DNA from: Limnohabitans sp.
Lineage (GTDB): Bacteria; Pseudomonadota; Gammaproteobacteria; Burkholderiales; Burkholderiaceae_C
Length of the DNA stretch: 64,000 bases
Strand: one strand, 5' to 3'
NCBI GenBank assembly: GCA_046052765.1
Contig: JAVLFQ010000052.1
Position 1 is the first letter of the stretch. Every line of letters begins with the position of its first letter. The position numbers and the translations under genes were made by a program. Below the pieces are notes generated by a model. That model was not told the DNA's origin, searched no databases, and was given only the letters and a program-made list of their open reading frames with translations. Positions 9,417 through 19,217 of the stretch are shown in pieces.

Positions 9417-10019
9417 TCAACCCATCAACAAACCGTGTGTGCGTGCAAAGTGCAAGGTTTGTGTACGGCTTTTCACACCTAGGCGGCGGAACAGGCGCCA
9501 CAGGTGCACCTTGACGGTGTGCTCGCTGATGTTGAGCTCTGCGGCTATGTCTCGGTTGGATAAACCGCGGTCAAGCATGAGAATGAGTTGCTTTTGGCGC
9601 TTGGACAATTTGATGTCACCAATAACCACGGCATCCGCATCCACATCATCATCATCAGACTTCAAAATATCTTGGATGGCGGTTGATATTTCAGAGGTAT
9701 CGGTGGATTTCTCAATATACAGGTCGGCGCCGGCCTCCAGACAAGCGTCACGTGCTTCGCCAGATGGCATGGCAGACAACACGACCAACGGCACATCGGG
9801 ATACATTTTTTTCACATCGGAGATGGCTGTCGCACCTTTGACGCCAGGCAACAGCAAATCCAATACAAACAATTCGGGTTCACCATTTTTGATGAGTGCG
9901 GCTTGTAACTCGCTGAATTTTTCCAACTCCACCACCTTGGAGGCGGGGCGAAGTCTGCGCAGCAACATACCAATCATCTGGCGAACCATCGGGTGGTCAT
10001 CAATCACGTATAAGCTCAT
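9417..10019 (-). CDS. NarL/LuxR-family response regulator
   Basis: Receiver (IDDHP, DLLLPG, LSAM, IEK) plus C-terminal HTH LSKRQ...GLSNRDIAAELNISEHTVKVH. Confidence 0.92.
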   Translation of the reverse strand: MSLYVIDDHPMVRQMIGMLLRRLRPASKVVELEKFSELQAALIKNGEPELFVLDLLLPGVKGATAISDVKKMYPDVPLVVLSAMPSGEARDACLEAGADLYIEKSTDTSEISTAIQDILKSDDDDVDADAVVIGDIKLSKRQKQLILMLDRGLSNRDIAAELNISEHTVKVHLWRLFRRLGVKSRTQTLHFARTHGLLMG

Positions 10020-10035
10020 AGTTATTCTCCGGGTG

Positions 10036-11232
10036 TCAATAGTTCAGGCCCATGGCCTCGCGCACATCGCGCATGGTGTCTTGCGCAGTGGCACGAGCAT
10101 GCTGCGTTCCAGCATCAACGATATCACGAACAAGGCGGGGGTTGGAAACAAAAGGCTCAGCCCGCTCCAGCATGGGTTGCTGCTCAGCGATGATGGCCTC
10201 GATGATCGGTTGCTTGCATTCCAAACAACCAATACCTGCGCTGGTGCATTCGGTTTTCACCCATTGACGGGTGTTTTCCGGTGAATACACCAAGTGGAAT
10301 TGCCAGACCGGACAACGCTCAGGGTTGCCTGCGTCAGTCCTTTTGACCCGTGCCGGGTCGGTCGGCATGCGTTTGATTTTGGTCTCTATGCTGGCCTTGT
10401 CTTCGCGCATGGCAATGGTGTTGTGATAGCTTTTGCTCATTTTGGCGCCATCCAAACCGGGCAGTTTGCTGGCCTCGGTCAATAGGGCATGCGGTTCTGT
10501 CAACACCGATTTCCCGGTTCCTTTGAAATAGCCTTCCAAGCGTTCGCGGTCTTTGTCTGTCAATTCAGGTGCGGTGTGCAAATAACCCATGGCACCTTCG
10601 AGTGCCTTGGCGTCGCCTGTTTCTTGGAACTGCTTGCGGGACTTTTCCAAGCGTTTGACGCTGTCTTTTGGCAGTTTGGCCAGACAGACCTGCACCAAAG
10701 AGTCGAAATCTGGTTCGCGGCCATACAAATGGTTAAAGCGGCGTGCTGCTTCGCGTGTGAGTTCGACATGGCTGGCCTGGTCTTCGCCGACAGGCACATG
10801 CTTGGCTTTGTAAATCAATATATCCGCCGCTTGCAACAGGGGATAGCCCAGAAAACCATAGGTGGTCAGGTCTTTGTCCTTGAGCTTTTCTTGTTGGTCT
10901 TTGTAGGTCGGGACACGCTCCAACCAACTGATAGGCGTGCCCATGGCCAGCAGGGTGAACAACTCGGCATGCTCGGGAATGCGGCTTTGTAAAAACAGGG
11001 TGCATTTGTTGGGATCGAGTCCGGCGGCCAGCCAGTCGATCACCATTTCATACACATTTTTCTCTATCACTTCGCGGCTTTGGTAGTGCGTGGTGAGCGC
11101 ATGCCAATCGGCAACAAAGTAAAAACAATCCATGTCGGATTGCAAGCGCACCCAGTTTTTCAGGGCGCCGTGGTAGTGGCCCAGATGAAGCGCGCCGGTG
11201 GGACGCATGCCAGAGAGTACGCGATCGGTCAT
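10036..11232 (-). CDS. trpS: Tryptophan--tRNA ligase
   Basis: SGMRPTGALHLGH (HIGH-like), GYPLLQAADIL, VPVGEDQ, KMSKS; start trimmed to MTDRVL. Confidence 0.97.
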   Translation of the reverse strand: MTDRVLSGMRPTGALHLGHYHGALKNWVRLQSDMDCFYFVADWHALTTHYQSREVIEKNVYEMVIDWLAAGLDPNKCTLFLQSRIPEHAELFTLLAMGTPISWLERVPTYKDQQEKLKDKDLTTYGFLGYPLLQAADILIYKAKHVPVGEDQASHVELTREAARRFNHLYGREPDFDSLVQVCLAKLPKDSVKRLEKSRKQFQETGDAKALEGAMGYLHTAPELTDKDRERLEGYFKGTGKSVLTEPHALLTEASKLPGLDGAKMSKSYHNTIAMREDKASIETKIKRMPTDPARVKRTDAGNPERCPVWQFHLVYSPENTRQWVKTECTSAGIGCLECKQPIIEAIIAEQQPMLERAEPFVSNPRLVRDIVDAGTQHARATAQDTMRDVREAMGLNY

Positions 11233-11909
11233 GGGGTAGGCAATTGCAAATAATTTGCCAAGGGCTGCAGCAGCCATTGGATAGACACCATGGAAGCCGT
11301 CATGATCGGCAGCATCCACAAGGTATTGACAATACCCATCAATACCAAACCCATGACGATGAAAAACCCGTACCGCTCTACCCTGGAGTAGCTAATGGCT
11401 AAGCGCAAGGGCAGCAAGCCAACCACAATTCGACCGCCGTCCATAGGTGGCACAGGAAACAGATTGAAAGCAAACATGACCAAATTGGTCAATACACCAG
11501 CCTGCGCCATGTCAAAGAAAAAACGCTCTTCCGCGCCAAACCCATTTAAGACGTAGATGGCAATTGCCCATACCAAGGCCTGGATCAAATTGGATGCGGG
11601 ACCTGCCAAAGCGACCCAGACCATGTCGCGTTTGGGATGACGCAATCTGGAAAAATCAACCGGCACAGGCTTGGCATAACCAAACAAAAAACTGCCGCTA
11701 GTGGCAACGTACAAAAGAAGCGGCATAACGATGGTGCCGATGGGGTCTATGTGTGGAAACGGGTTGATGGTCACGCGCCCCAAAGCCCAAGCCGTGTTGT
11801 CGCCAAAAAGCTTGGCGACAAGCCCGTGCGCCGCCTCATGCAAGGTAATTGCCAGTAATACCGGCAATGCATGGGTGGTGATTGTTTGAACTATTTCATT
11901 GAAAGTCAC
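11229..11909 (-). CDS. Site-2 protease (peptidase M50)
   Basis: TLHEAAH (HExxH), ALAGPASN, FNLFPVPPMDG; GTG start. Confidence 0.93.
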   Translation of the reverse strand: MTFNEIVQTITTHALPVLLAITLHEAAHGLVAKLFGDNTAWALGRVTINPFPHIDPIGTIVMPLLLYVATSGSFLFGYAKPVPVDFSRLRHPKRDMVWVALAGPASNLIQALVWAIAIYVLNGFGAEERFFFDMAQAGVLTNLVMFAFNLFPVPPMDGGRIVVGLLPLRLAISYSRVERYGFFIVMGLVLMGIVNTLWMLPIMTASMVSIQWLLQPLANYLQLPTP

Positions 11910-12023
11910 TGTTTGATTCTCTCATTAAACCTGAGACAAATAATATCGAAATAACAAATATCTGTAATATTTTTAATATAAGCTGGGAATGTACTTGCCT
12001 TATAAAGACAACCCTTGCAAGGA

Positions 12024-12659
12024 TTAAAGTCCCAAAAGGCTTACATCGCCTGCGCCCAACCGTACCAATACCGGGTCGCCTCCTGCTCCCATGTTTGTCA
12101 AATCGACCACGCTGGTGGCCTGCATAGCGCAAGCGCCAGCATCGATGACGGCGGCAAGTTGGTGTTCAAACCGTTGGCGTATTTCCAAGGCATCGTTCAT
12201 CGGTTCAGTGTCATCAGGGGGAATCAAGGTGGTGGCCAACAGCGGCGCACCGTGCAATTCGAGCAATTGCAGCAAGCACAGGTGCTCAGGCACCCGCAAG
12301 CCTATGGTTTTTCGCTGTGGGTGGGCCACGCGCCTTGGCACTTCCTTGGTCGCTTCCAAAATAAAAGTGTAGGCGCCGGGGGTGGCCGCTTTGAGCAAAC
12401 GAAATTGGCGGTTGTCCACCTTGGCATACAAAGCCAATTCACTCAGGTCGCGACACAGCAGAGTGAGATGGTGTTTGTCGTCTACCCCGCGAATGCGGCG
12501 CATGTGATCGATAGCGGTTTTATCGTCCAAATGGCAAACCAAGGCGTAGCTGGAATCGGTGGGCACTGCCAGCACACGGCCTTGACTGAGCAAGGCCACG
12601 GCCTGTTTCAGCAAACGCGGTTGCGGATTGTCAGGATGAACTTGCAGCCATTGGGCCAT
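12024..12659 (-). CDS. yciO: Sua5/YciO/YrdC family protein (threonylcarbamoyl-AMP synthase-like)
   Basis: HPDNPQPRL, PTDSSYAL, KRKTIGLR-like RKTIGLRVP. Confidence 0.9.
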   Translation of the reverse strand: MAQWLQVHPDNPQPRLLKQAVALLSQGRVLAVPTDSSYALVCHLDDKTAIDHMRRIRGVDDKHHLTLLCRDLSELALYAKVDNRQFRLLKAATPGAYTFILEATKEVPRRVAHPQRKTIGLRVPEHLCLLQLLELHGAPLLATTLIPPDDTEPMNDALEIRQRFEHQLAAVIDAGACAMQATSVVDLTNMGAGGDPVLVRLGAGDVSLLGL

Positions 12660-12683
12660 GGATAAAAACGCACAATGCCGCGG

Positions 12684-13538
12684 TTATTGGATACGGTCTG
12701 CCAGCAATTCCCACACGGGGGTCAAATCTCCGGGTAGCCATGGCAGAGAGCCGAGGTCAGTGTGGCTTTCATTTGGGCTGTGGAAATCGCTGCCACGCGA
12801 CGCAGCCAAGTCAAATTCACGCGCCATGTCTGCGTAGACGATGGCTTCTTGCGCCGAATGGCTACCAGTCACCACTTCGACCGCCTGACCCCCATGGTTT
12901 TTGAATTCGGTGAACAAGGCAAATTCTTCGGTCGGCGTAAAGCCATAACGTGCCGGATGGGCAATGACGGCAACGCCTTGGCATTCGCGAATCCAACGGA
13001 TCGCGTCTCCAAGAGAGGCCCAGCGGTGAGGCACAAAACCAGGTTTGCCCTCGGTGAGAAAACGCCGAAACACTTCGTGCGTGTCTTTACAGACGCCGGT
13101 TTCCACCAAAAAGCGTGCGAAGTGGGTGCGTGAAATCAAATCCGGGTTACCGGCGTAGGTCAGTGCGCCTTCAAAGCCGCCGTGTATGCCGACCTTGGCC
13201 AGTCCTGCGGCCATGTCTTTGGCACGTTCATGTCGGCCACCGCGCGTGGTTTTCAGGCCTTCAACCAAGCGCGGGTCTTCGGTATCAAAACCCAGGCCGA
13301 CAATATGCACGGTGTGGCCTGCGAAAGAAACAGAAATTTCGGTGCCGCTTAAATAGCCCATGCCTAAAGCCTTGGCGGCGGCGGCGGCGCGGCGTTGGCC
13401 ACCAATTTCGTCATGGTCGGTGAGTGACCAAAGTTCAACCCCGTTGGCATGCGCACGGGCAGCCAGTGCTTCGGGCGTGAGGGTACCGTCAGAGATGACG
13501 GAGTGGCAATGCAAATCGGCGTTAAGAATGTTCACCAT
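12684..13538 (-). CDS. PHP-domain 3',5'-nucleoside bisphosphate phosphatase (YciV/TrpH-like)
   Basis: DLHCHS..SDG, LTDHD, HIVGL, AHPARY, GSDFH. Confidence 0.92.
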   Translation of the reverse strand: MVNILNADLHCHSVISDGTLTPEALAARAHANGVELWSLTDHDEIGGQRRAAAAAKALGMGYLSGTEISVSFAGHTVHIVGLGFDTEDPRLVEGLKTTRGGRHERAKDMAAGLAKVGIHGGFEGALTYAGNPDLISRTHFARFLVETGVCKDTHEVFRRFLTEGKPGFVPHRWASLGDAIRWIRECQGVAVIAHPARYGFTPTEEFALFTEFKNHGGQAVEVVTGSHSAQEAIVYADMAREFDLAASRGSDFHSPNESHTDLGSLPWLPGDLTPVWELLADRIQ

Positions 13539-13544
13539 TCGATT

Positions 13545-15254
13545 CTAGGCGGAGCGCATGTTTTCCACATGCAGTTTAAGTTTGCGTTGGCCTTGCCAAC
13601 TGTCTAGCACCAACCGGTAGGCGAGTTCGGCATAGTTGGGTAGCGCCTGTGTATGACCAAACCAGATGCCGTCAATCGCTTGACCATGCAGTTTGAGCTT
13701 GAGCGACAAATGCTTGTCAGCGACGATGCGCTGACTGAGCACTTCAACTTTGTCTTGGAATACAGGCTCGGCAAAACCCTGGCCCCAGACCTGGTTTTGC
13801 AATTCCGTTGCCACATCGGGTCGCAAATACTCCTTGGCCAGCGGCCCGTCCGTGGCCAGCGATTGCGCCAGGGTGGCCGCGTCCAGCCATTGTGCGGCGA
13901 TGTGTTGCAGTGAGGCTTCAAATGTGGCCAGATCGTCTTCCCGCAAAGTGCAACCGGCTGCCATGGCGTGGCCGCCAAAACGCAGCAACAACCCGGGGTG
14001 CAGTTTGACCACCGCGTCCAAGGCATCGCGTAAGTGAAAACCGGGAATCGAGCGACCCGAGCCTTTCAAGACTGCTTGGCCTTCGGACTCGCTGGCGGCA
14101 AACACAAAGCAGGGCCGGTAATGCAAATCCTTTAAGCGTCCAGCGACGATGCCCACCACCCCTTCGTGGAACTCTTCGTCATAGACGCACAATGCTGGCG
14201 GCGGCGCGTCTTCACTGTCCATCAGCGATTCGGCGATCAACAAAGCTTGTTCGCGCATGCCGCTTTCCAGCGTGCGGCGTTCGCGGTTGATGGCATCGAG
14301 TTGCTGGGCGAGATGCAAAGCCAGTGCGGCGTCATCGGTGCGCAGACATTCAATGCCCAGACGCATATCTGACAACCGGCCGGCGGCATTGATGCGCGGG
14401 CCCAACGCAAACCCCATGTCTTGGCTAATGGCTTGTGACGTTTCGCGTCCGGCGACTTGAAACAGCGCTGCCATTCCAACAGGCAATTGGCCGCGGCGCA
14501 TACGCTGCAAGCCTTGCGCCACCAAACGGCGGTTGTTCGCATCAAGTTTCACCACATCGGCTACCGTGCCCAGTGCTACCAGCGGCAACAAACCATCGAG
14601 GCGCGGTTCGGTGTCTTTGTTGAACACACCGCGTTGGCGCAACTCGGCGCGCAGCGCTAGCAGCACGTAAAACATCACACCTACACCGGCAATGCTTTTG
14701 CTCTCAAAGTGGCAGCCCGGTTGGTTGGGGTTGACCAAGGCATCGGCGGCGGGAATCTCGGGCCCTGGCAAATGGTGATCAGTGACCAGCACTTGCAAAC
14801 CCAGTCGCTGTGCCTCGGCAACACCCTCTACGCTGGCAATGCCGTTGTCTACGGTGATCAACAGTTGTGCGCCGCTGGCATGCACGCGTTCAGAAATCGA
14901 AGGTGTGAGGCCATAGCCATCGACCACGCGGTCGGGCACGATGAAGTCCACCTGCTGCGCCCCCAGTAAGCGCAGTCCGCGCAAAGCCACGGCGCAGGCA
15001 GTGGCGCCATCGCAGTCGTAGTCAGCAACGATGCACAACTTTTTTTGCTGAGATATGGCGTTGGCCAACAGGCAAGCCGCATCCGTCATGCCTTTCATGC
15101 TGTCAGGCGGCAGTAGGTGCGTCAAAGAGGTGTCCATGTCTTTGGCATCGCTGATACCGCGCCCTGCGTACAAGCGAGCCAACAACGGATGTACACCAGA
15201 TTGTTCTAAGGTCCAGACGGCGCGTGGCGGTATATCTCGGGCGATGAACTTCAT
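13545..15254 (-). CDS. recJ: Single-stranded DNA exonuclease RecJ
   Basis: DYDCDG, ITVDNG, TDHH (DHH), PRINAAGR, KGSGRS, FGGHAMAAG; start trimmed to MKFIARD. Confidence 0.97.
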   Translation of the reverse strand: MKFIARDIPPRAVWTLEQSGVHPLLARLYAGRGISDAKDMDTSLTHLLPPDSMKGMTDAACLLANAISQQKKLCIVADYDCDGATACAVALRGLRLLGAQQVDFIVPDRVVDGYGLTPSISERVHASGAQLLITVDNGIASVEGVAEAQRLGLQVLVTDHHLPGPEIPAADALVNPNQPGCHFESKSIAGVGVMFYVLLALRAELRQRGVFNKDTEPRLDGLLPLVALGTVADVVKLDANNRRLVAQGLQRMRRGQLPVGMAALFQVAGRETSQAISQDMGFALGPRINAAGRLSDMRLGIECLRTDDAALALHLAQQLDAINRERRTLESGMREQALLIAESLMDSEDAPPPALCVYDEEFHEGVVGIVAGRLKDLHYRPCFVFAASESEGQAVLKGSGRSIPGFHLRDALDAVVKLHPGLLLRFGGHAMAAGCTLREDDLATFEASLQHIAAQWLDAATLAQSLATDGPLAKEYLRPDVATELQNQVWGQGFAEPVFQDKVEVLSQRIVADKHLSLKLKLHGQAIDGIWFGHTQALPNYAELAYRLVLDSWQGQRKLKLHVENMRSA

Positions 15255-16216
15255 GACAAATGACGCACCAAAGACACGGGTTTGAACCAGCGAATAAAAC
15301 GCTGCAGCGCATGGTCTGGTAGAGCTTGCAGATAAAGTGCATGGTCGGGACTGCACAGTACCAGTGGCCAACCTTGTTGCAGCGCAGGCTGCATGATTTT
15401 TTCTGCCAATGCTTGCCAAGCCAGTGCCCATGCCGCAGGATCGGCATGCATCCAAGGCTCACGTAATTCCTGATGCAATACCACTGAGCGATGCGGCAAG
15501 GTGGGCAAGTCACCGCAACCACTGACCCAGAATGAATTGATGGTGATATCGCGTTCATCGTTTAGCGCATGGGTATAGAGCAGCATTTGCATTTCATTTT
15601 GCAAACGTCTAAGCAGGCGTTGTGCGGCAGTTTGCGCCGTCACCTGATGGGTCTCTGTCAGCGCATGCATGCCGCGCAAACAAACCCGCTCCAGACTGAC
15701 ACAAGGCAACTGCTTAAAAACAGTGGCATGTGCCAAAAACCGGCCGGGTGAAACCGTATGCAAGCTGATACCGTCTTCTGTGAAAAAAGGCAGCATGGCT
15801 TGGCACAGGGTTTCGGATTCTTGTGCGGTCAAATCTGGGGGCAAACTGACCCTTATCTGCCCTTGGTCAAACTGCCCATGGACCAAATCGATGAAGGCCC
15901 ATCCGTGGTCAACGGGACAATGCATGTTCAATTGCGCCGCTAGCAACGCTGCTTCAGGCAGTACATCGCAGGCCATGGGCCAGCCTCGGGCTTGCGCCAC
16001 CACCGATTCATGCGCCAAACAAGCGCTGTCCATGTCCGCCACAAGTTGGTCTGTGATGCGGGTGTTGGCCACGCTTGCAAGCGCTGGCGAATGGGGTCGG
16101 GCTTGCAACGCGTCTTGCCAAGCTGTGGCGCTTTGATGCGTGGCGGTACCGCTTATGTCGGGAGGCCACAAGGCATAGGCAACCACGTGCACAGTTGCTG
16201 AATCGGTGAATGTCAT
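15251..16216 (-). CDS. Conserved hypothetical protein upstream of recJ (sometimes labelled phosphoglycerate mutase-like)
   Basis: About 320-aa ORF with RRLQNEMQMLLY and INSFWVSGCG motifs; ATGA-coupled to recJ. Confidence 0.75.
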   Translation of the reverse strand: MTFTDSATVHVVAYALWPPDISGTATHQSATAWQDALQARPHSPALASVANTRITDQLVADMDSACLAHESVVAQARGWPMACDVLPEAALLAAQLNMHCPVDHGWAFIDLVHGQFDQGQIRVSLPPDLTAQESETLCQAMLPFFTEDGISLHTVSPGRFLAHATVFKQLPCVSLERVCLRGMHALTETHQVTAQTAAQRLLRRLQNEMQMLLYTHALNDERDITINSFWVSGCGDLPTLPHRSVVLHQELREPWMHADPAAWALAWQALAEKIMQPALQQGWPLVLCSPDHALYLQALPDHALQRFIRWFKPVSLVRHLS

Positions 16217-16252
16217 ACAAGGGATTGTGCCGTGATGCCACAATCACGGCCA

Positions 16253-17518
16253 ATGACACATTCCAAATGGCCTTTTGAGTGGTTGATCGGCTGGCGCTAC
16301 ACGCGGGCAGGTCGTGCCGCCCGTCGCAACCGTTTCATCTCTTTTATTTCTTCGGTGTCCATGTTGGGCATTGCACTGGGGGTGGCTGCGCTCATCATCG
16401 TGTTAAGCGTGATGAATGGTTTTCAAAAGGAGGTGCGTGACCGCATGCTCGGCGTGTTGTCGCACATGGAGGTGCTGGCTTACACCAGTTCTTCATTACA
16501 GGACGTCACTGGCATTCAGCAGCAATTAAAGCAACACCCGCAGGTCTTGGCCAGTGCGCCCTTTGTGTTGTCACAGGTGCTGCTGGCACAAGGCGAGGAC
16601 ATGCGTGGTGCGGTGGTGCGAGGCATCGATCCGGCGCAGGAAGTGTCGGTGACAGAAGTGGTAGCGGGCATGCCGTCTGCGTTACTCGCACAACTGAAAC
16701 CCGACTCCTATGCCGTGGTGTTGGGGGCTGAGTTGGCACGAACGCTGGGTGTCAAAGCCGGCGATCAGGTGACATTGGTAGCGCCTGGTGGTCAGGTGAC
16801 TCCCGTCGGTGTGGTGCCTAGGTTGAAGCAATTGCACGTGCTTGGCGTGCTCGACACCGGTCATTTCGAATACGACGCCAGTTTGGCCTTGCTCAATATC
16901 CAGGATGCCGAGCGTATTTTCAGGCTCGAAGGACCCAACGGCATCCGAGTGAAATTGAAGAACGCACAGCAGGCGCGCGAAGTCGCTGCCGAGGTGGCGC
17001 CTTGGCTTGGTAACGATGTGCTGGTGCGCGATTGGACGCGCGCCAACCGCACTTGGTTTACAGCGGTTCAAATTGAAAAGCGCATGATGTTCATCATCCT
17101 CACCTTGATCGTGGCGGTGGCGGCTTTCAATCTGGTCAGCACCTTGGTGATGACGGTGACGGACAAACGGGGCGACATTGCCATATTGCGCACACTGGGT
17201 GCGAGCCCAGCCAGCATCATGGGCATATTTGTGGTGCAGGGAGCGCTGGTAGGCGTCATAGGCACCTTGTCTGGCTTGGTCATGGGTCTGTTGGTGGCTT
17301 TCAATATTGGCAGTATCGTGCCGGCCATCGAGCGTGCTTTGGGTGCCAGTTTTTTACCCAAGGATGTGTACCTGATCAGCCGCATGCCCAGCGATCCGCA
17401 ATGGGCAGACATAGGACCGGTGGTCATCATTGCACTGGTCATGGCTTTGGCTGCAACGCTTTACCCCAGCTGGCGTGCCAGCCGCATCGATCCGGCGGAG
17501 GCATTGCGTCATGAATGA
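16253..17518 (+). CDS. lolC: Lipoprotein-releasing ABC transporter permease LolC/E
   Basis: [53 protein letters not shown]. Confidence 0.95.
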   Translation: MTHSKWPFEWLIGWRYTRAGRAARRNRFISFISSVSMLGIALGVAALIIVLSVMNGFQKEVRDRMLGVLSHMEVLAYTSSSLQDVTGIQQQLKQHPQVLASAPFVLSQVLLAQGEDMRGAVVRGIDPAQEVSVTEVVAGMPSALLAQLKPDSYAVVLGAELARTLGVKAGDQVTLVAPGGQVTPVGVVPRLKQLHVLGVLDTGHFEYDASLALLNIQDAERIFRLEGPNGIRVKLKNAQQAREVAAEVAPWLGNDVLVRDWTRANRTWFTAVQIEKRMMFIILTLIVAVAAFNLVSTLVMTVTDKRGDIAILRTLGASPASIMGIFVVQGALVGVIGTLSGLVMGLLVAFNIGSIVPAIERALGASFLPKDVYLISRMPSDPQWADIGPVVIIALVMALAATLYPSWRASRIDPAEALRHE

Positions 17519-18188
17519 AAACATATTGCAAGCGCGGGGATTGGGGCGACGATTTCACGATGGTGAAATCGATGTGACGGTCTTACAGAATGTGGATTTG
17601 CATATTCACGCCGGTGAAACACTGGCAGTGGTTGGTGCGTCAGGTTCAGGCAAAAGTACCTTGTTGCATTTGCTGGGCGGCTTGGACACGCCCACTACCG
17701 GATCTGTGCATTTGCTCGGTCAGGCGCTGGCCGGTCTGGACCCGACGACCTTGGGTCGATTGCGTAACAAACACCTGGGCTTCGTCTACCAGTTTCACCA
17801 TTTACTGCCCGAGTTCAGTGCGCTGGACAACGTCGCCATGCCCTTGTGGATACGACGCATGCCGCGCGATCAGGCCGCGACCCAAGCCCACGACATGCTC
17901 AAAGCGGTGGGACTGGGCGAGCGCATACATCACACCCCGTCAGAGCTGTCCGGCGGCGAACGCCAACGGGTAGCGATTGCACGCGCCTTGGTCACGCAAC
18001 CGGCTTGCGTGCTCGCCGATGAACCCACCGGCAACCTGGACCGCAGCACGGCGGACAAGGTGTTTGAGTTGATGATGCAGTTGGCGCGACACCAAGGCAC
18101 CGCTTTTGTGTTGGTCACGCATGACGATACATTGGCCGCCCGTTGCGACCGTCATTTGCGACTGGTTGCCGGGCGCTTGCAAGACTGA
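17511..18188 (+). CDS. lolD: Lipoprotein-releasing ABC transporter ATPase LolD
   Basis: [37 protein letters not shown]. Confidence 0.95.
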   Translation: MNENILQARGLGRRFHDGEIDVTVLQNVDLHIHAGETLAVVGASGSGKSTLLHLLGGLDTPTTGSVHLLGQALAGLDPTTLGRLRNKHLGFVYQFHHLLPEFSALDNVAMPLWIRRMPRDQAATQAHDMLKAVGLGERIHHTPSELSGGERQRVAIARALVTQPACVLADEPTGNLDRSTADKVFELMMQLARHQGTAFVLVTHDDTLAARCDRHLRLVAGRLQD

Positions 18189-18201
18189 ATAAGCCGCCGC
18201 T

Positions 18202-18864
18202 TCAATCCTTGCCGTGGTTGGGCGATCGGGGCCCGTACAACATGCCGCCCGAGTGCGGTGTGAGTAAGCGGGCGCTGGTCAGTTTGGATAAGCGGTAGCC
18301 GGGGTTGCCGATGTTGCTGGCCAATTGGTGAATCACAGAGGTCAGCAACACTCCGACCAAACCATTGTTGTTATCCCGTCCCTCCGCGTCAGAAGCGCTG
18401 GCCCGAGCTTGCCATAAAACGGTACCAGTACGTGCGTCCACCAGACGGGCTTGGGCGGTGACCACGGTTTGGCTGTCTAACACCACATAGCTGCTACCGT
18501 ATTTCTCCAAAGTGATGTAGAGCACTGCATCAGCACCAAAAATACTTTGCAATTTGGACAACGGCGCTTCATGGATCTGGTCTGGCAATGGCAAACCGTT
18601 TTCTTTGAACGTAGCCTCGACCATGGCCACCGGGAAGACGTAATAACCGGCCTCAGACAGCGGTTGGGTGACAGTGGCTAAAAAGCTCAGGCTGCCACGG
18701 ATGTCGGTGGATAGGTTGACAGGCGGCAAAACCAGAATGGATGTCGGCCGGCTGTTTCTGAACGCGGATTGGTCAGGTTGAGAAGGCGCAGCGCAACCGA
18801 CCAGAATCACCAGCGCCAGCCAAACAGCTGTCTTTGACACTTGGGTGAGTAAGTGCAGTTTCAT
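18202..18864 (-). CDS. DUF799-family (GNA1162-like) lipoprotein
   Basis: Lipobox LVGC; SILVLPPVN, PLSEAGYYV, FGADAVLYI, LYGPRSP. Confidence 0.85.
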   Translation of the reverse strand: MKLHLLTQVSKTAVWLALVILVGCAAPSQPDQSAFRNSRPTSILVLPPVNLSTDIRGSLSFLATVTQPLSEAGYYVFPVAMVEATFKENGLPLPDQIHEAPLSKLQSIFGADAVLYITLEKYGSSYVVLDSQTVVTAQARLVDARTGTVLWQARASASDAEGRDNNNGLVGVLLTSVIHQLASNIGNPGYRLSKLTSARLLTPHSGGMLYGPRSPNHGKD

Positions 18865-19217
18865 GGCTTTTTCAATTTACCGATGACAAAGTCCATGTAA
18901 ACGGATGACTCAGGGAATTGTTTTTTTTCATTTTCAAAAGCCACGACAGCTTGGTCCGATTGACCGGTTTGGAAAAACAAATACCCCATGTGCGCTTGAA
19001 AACCCGGAGGCAAGGCCTTGCCATGGGATGCGGCTTTTTGTTGTTCCTGCTGCAATTGCTGCAATTGCTTTTCAGGGGAAGTGTTGCCGTTTTCTACGCG
19101 AAAGCCTTCGTACAAGGTGTCTTGGTAAGCGCCCCAGTGGTAGAGCGCGTGGTCTTGGGTGGCACAAGCGTTAAGCAGCAGCAATGCGGTCGCGCACCCT
19201 AGCCAACGGCAGTTCAT
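18861..19217 (-). CDS. DUF4810-family lipoprotein
   Basis: Lipobox LNAC; LYHWGAYQ, PPGFQAHMGYL, EKKQFPES. Confidence 0.85.
   Translation of the reverse strand: MNCRWLGCATALLLLNACATQDHALYHWGAYQDTLYEGFRVENGNTSPEKQLQQLQQEQQKAASHGKALPPGFQAHMGYLFFQTGQSDQAVVAFENEKKQFPESSVYMDFVIGKLKKP

Noticed and set aside
9439-10284. 281-aa plus-strand ORF opposite the response regulator and trpS 3' end
   Set aside because: Antisense shadow; Ser-rich, with no domain signature or RBS.
10500-10710. About 70-aa helical insertion in TrpRS
   Set aside because: No intein motifs; to my knowledge such an insertion is typical of betaproteobacterial TrpRS.
15255-15455. N-terminal extension of the recJ ORF (similar extensions occur on trpS, qor, ftsK, rpmB, ggt and others)
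   Set aside because: Longest-ORF artefacts that overlap neighbouring genes; downstream starts match family N-termini.
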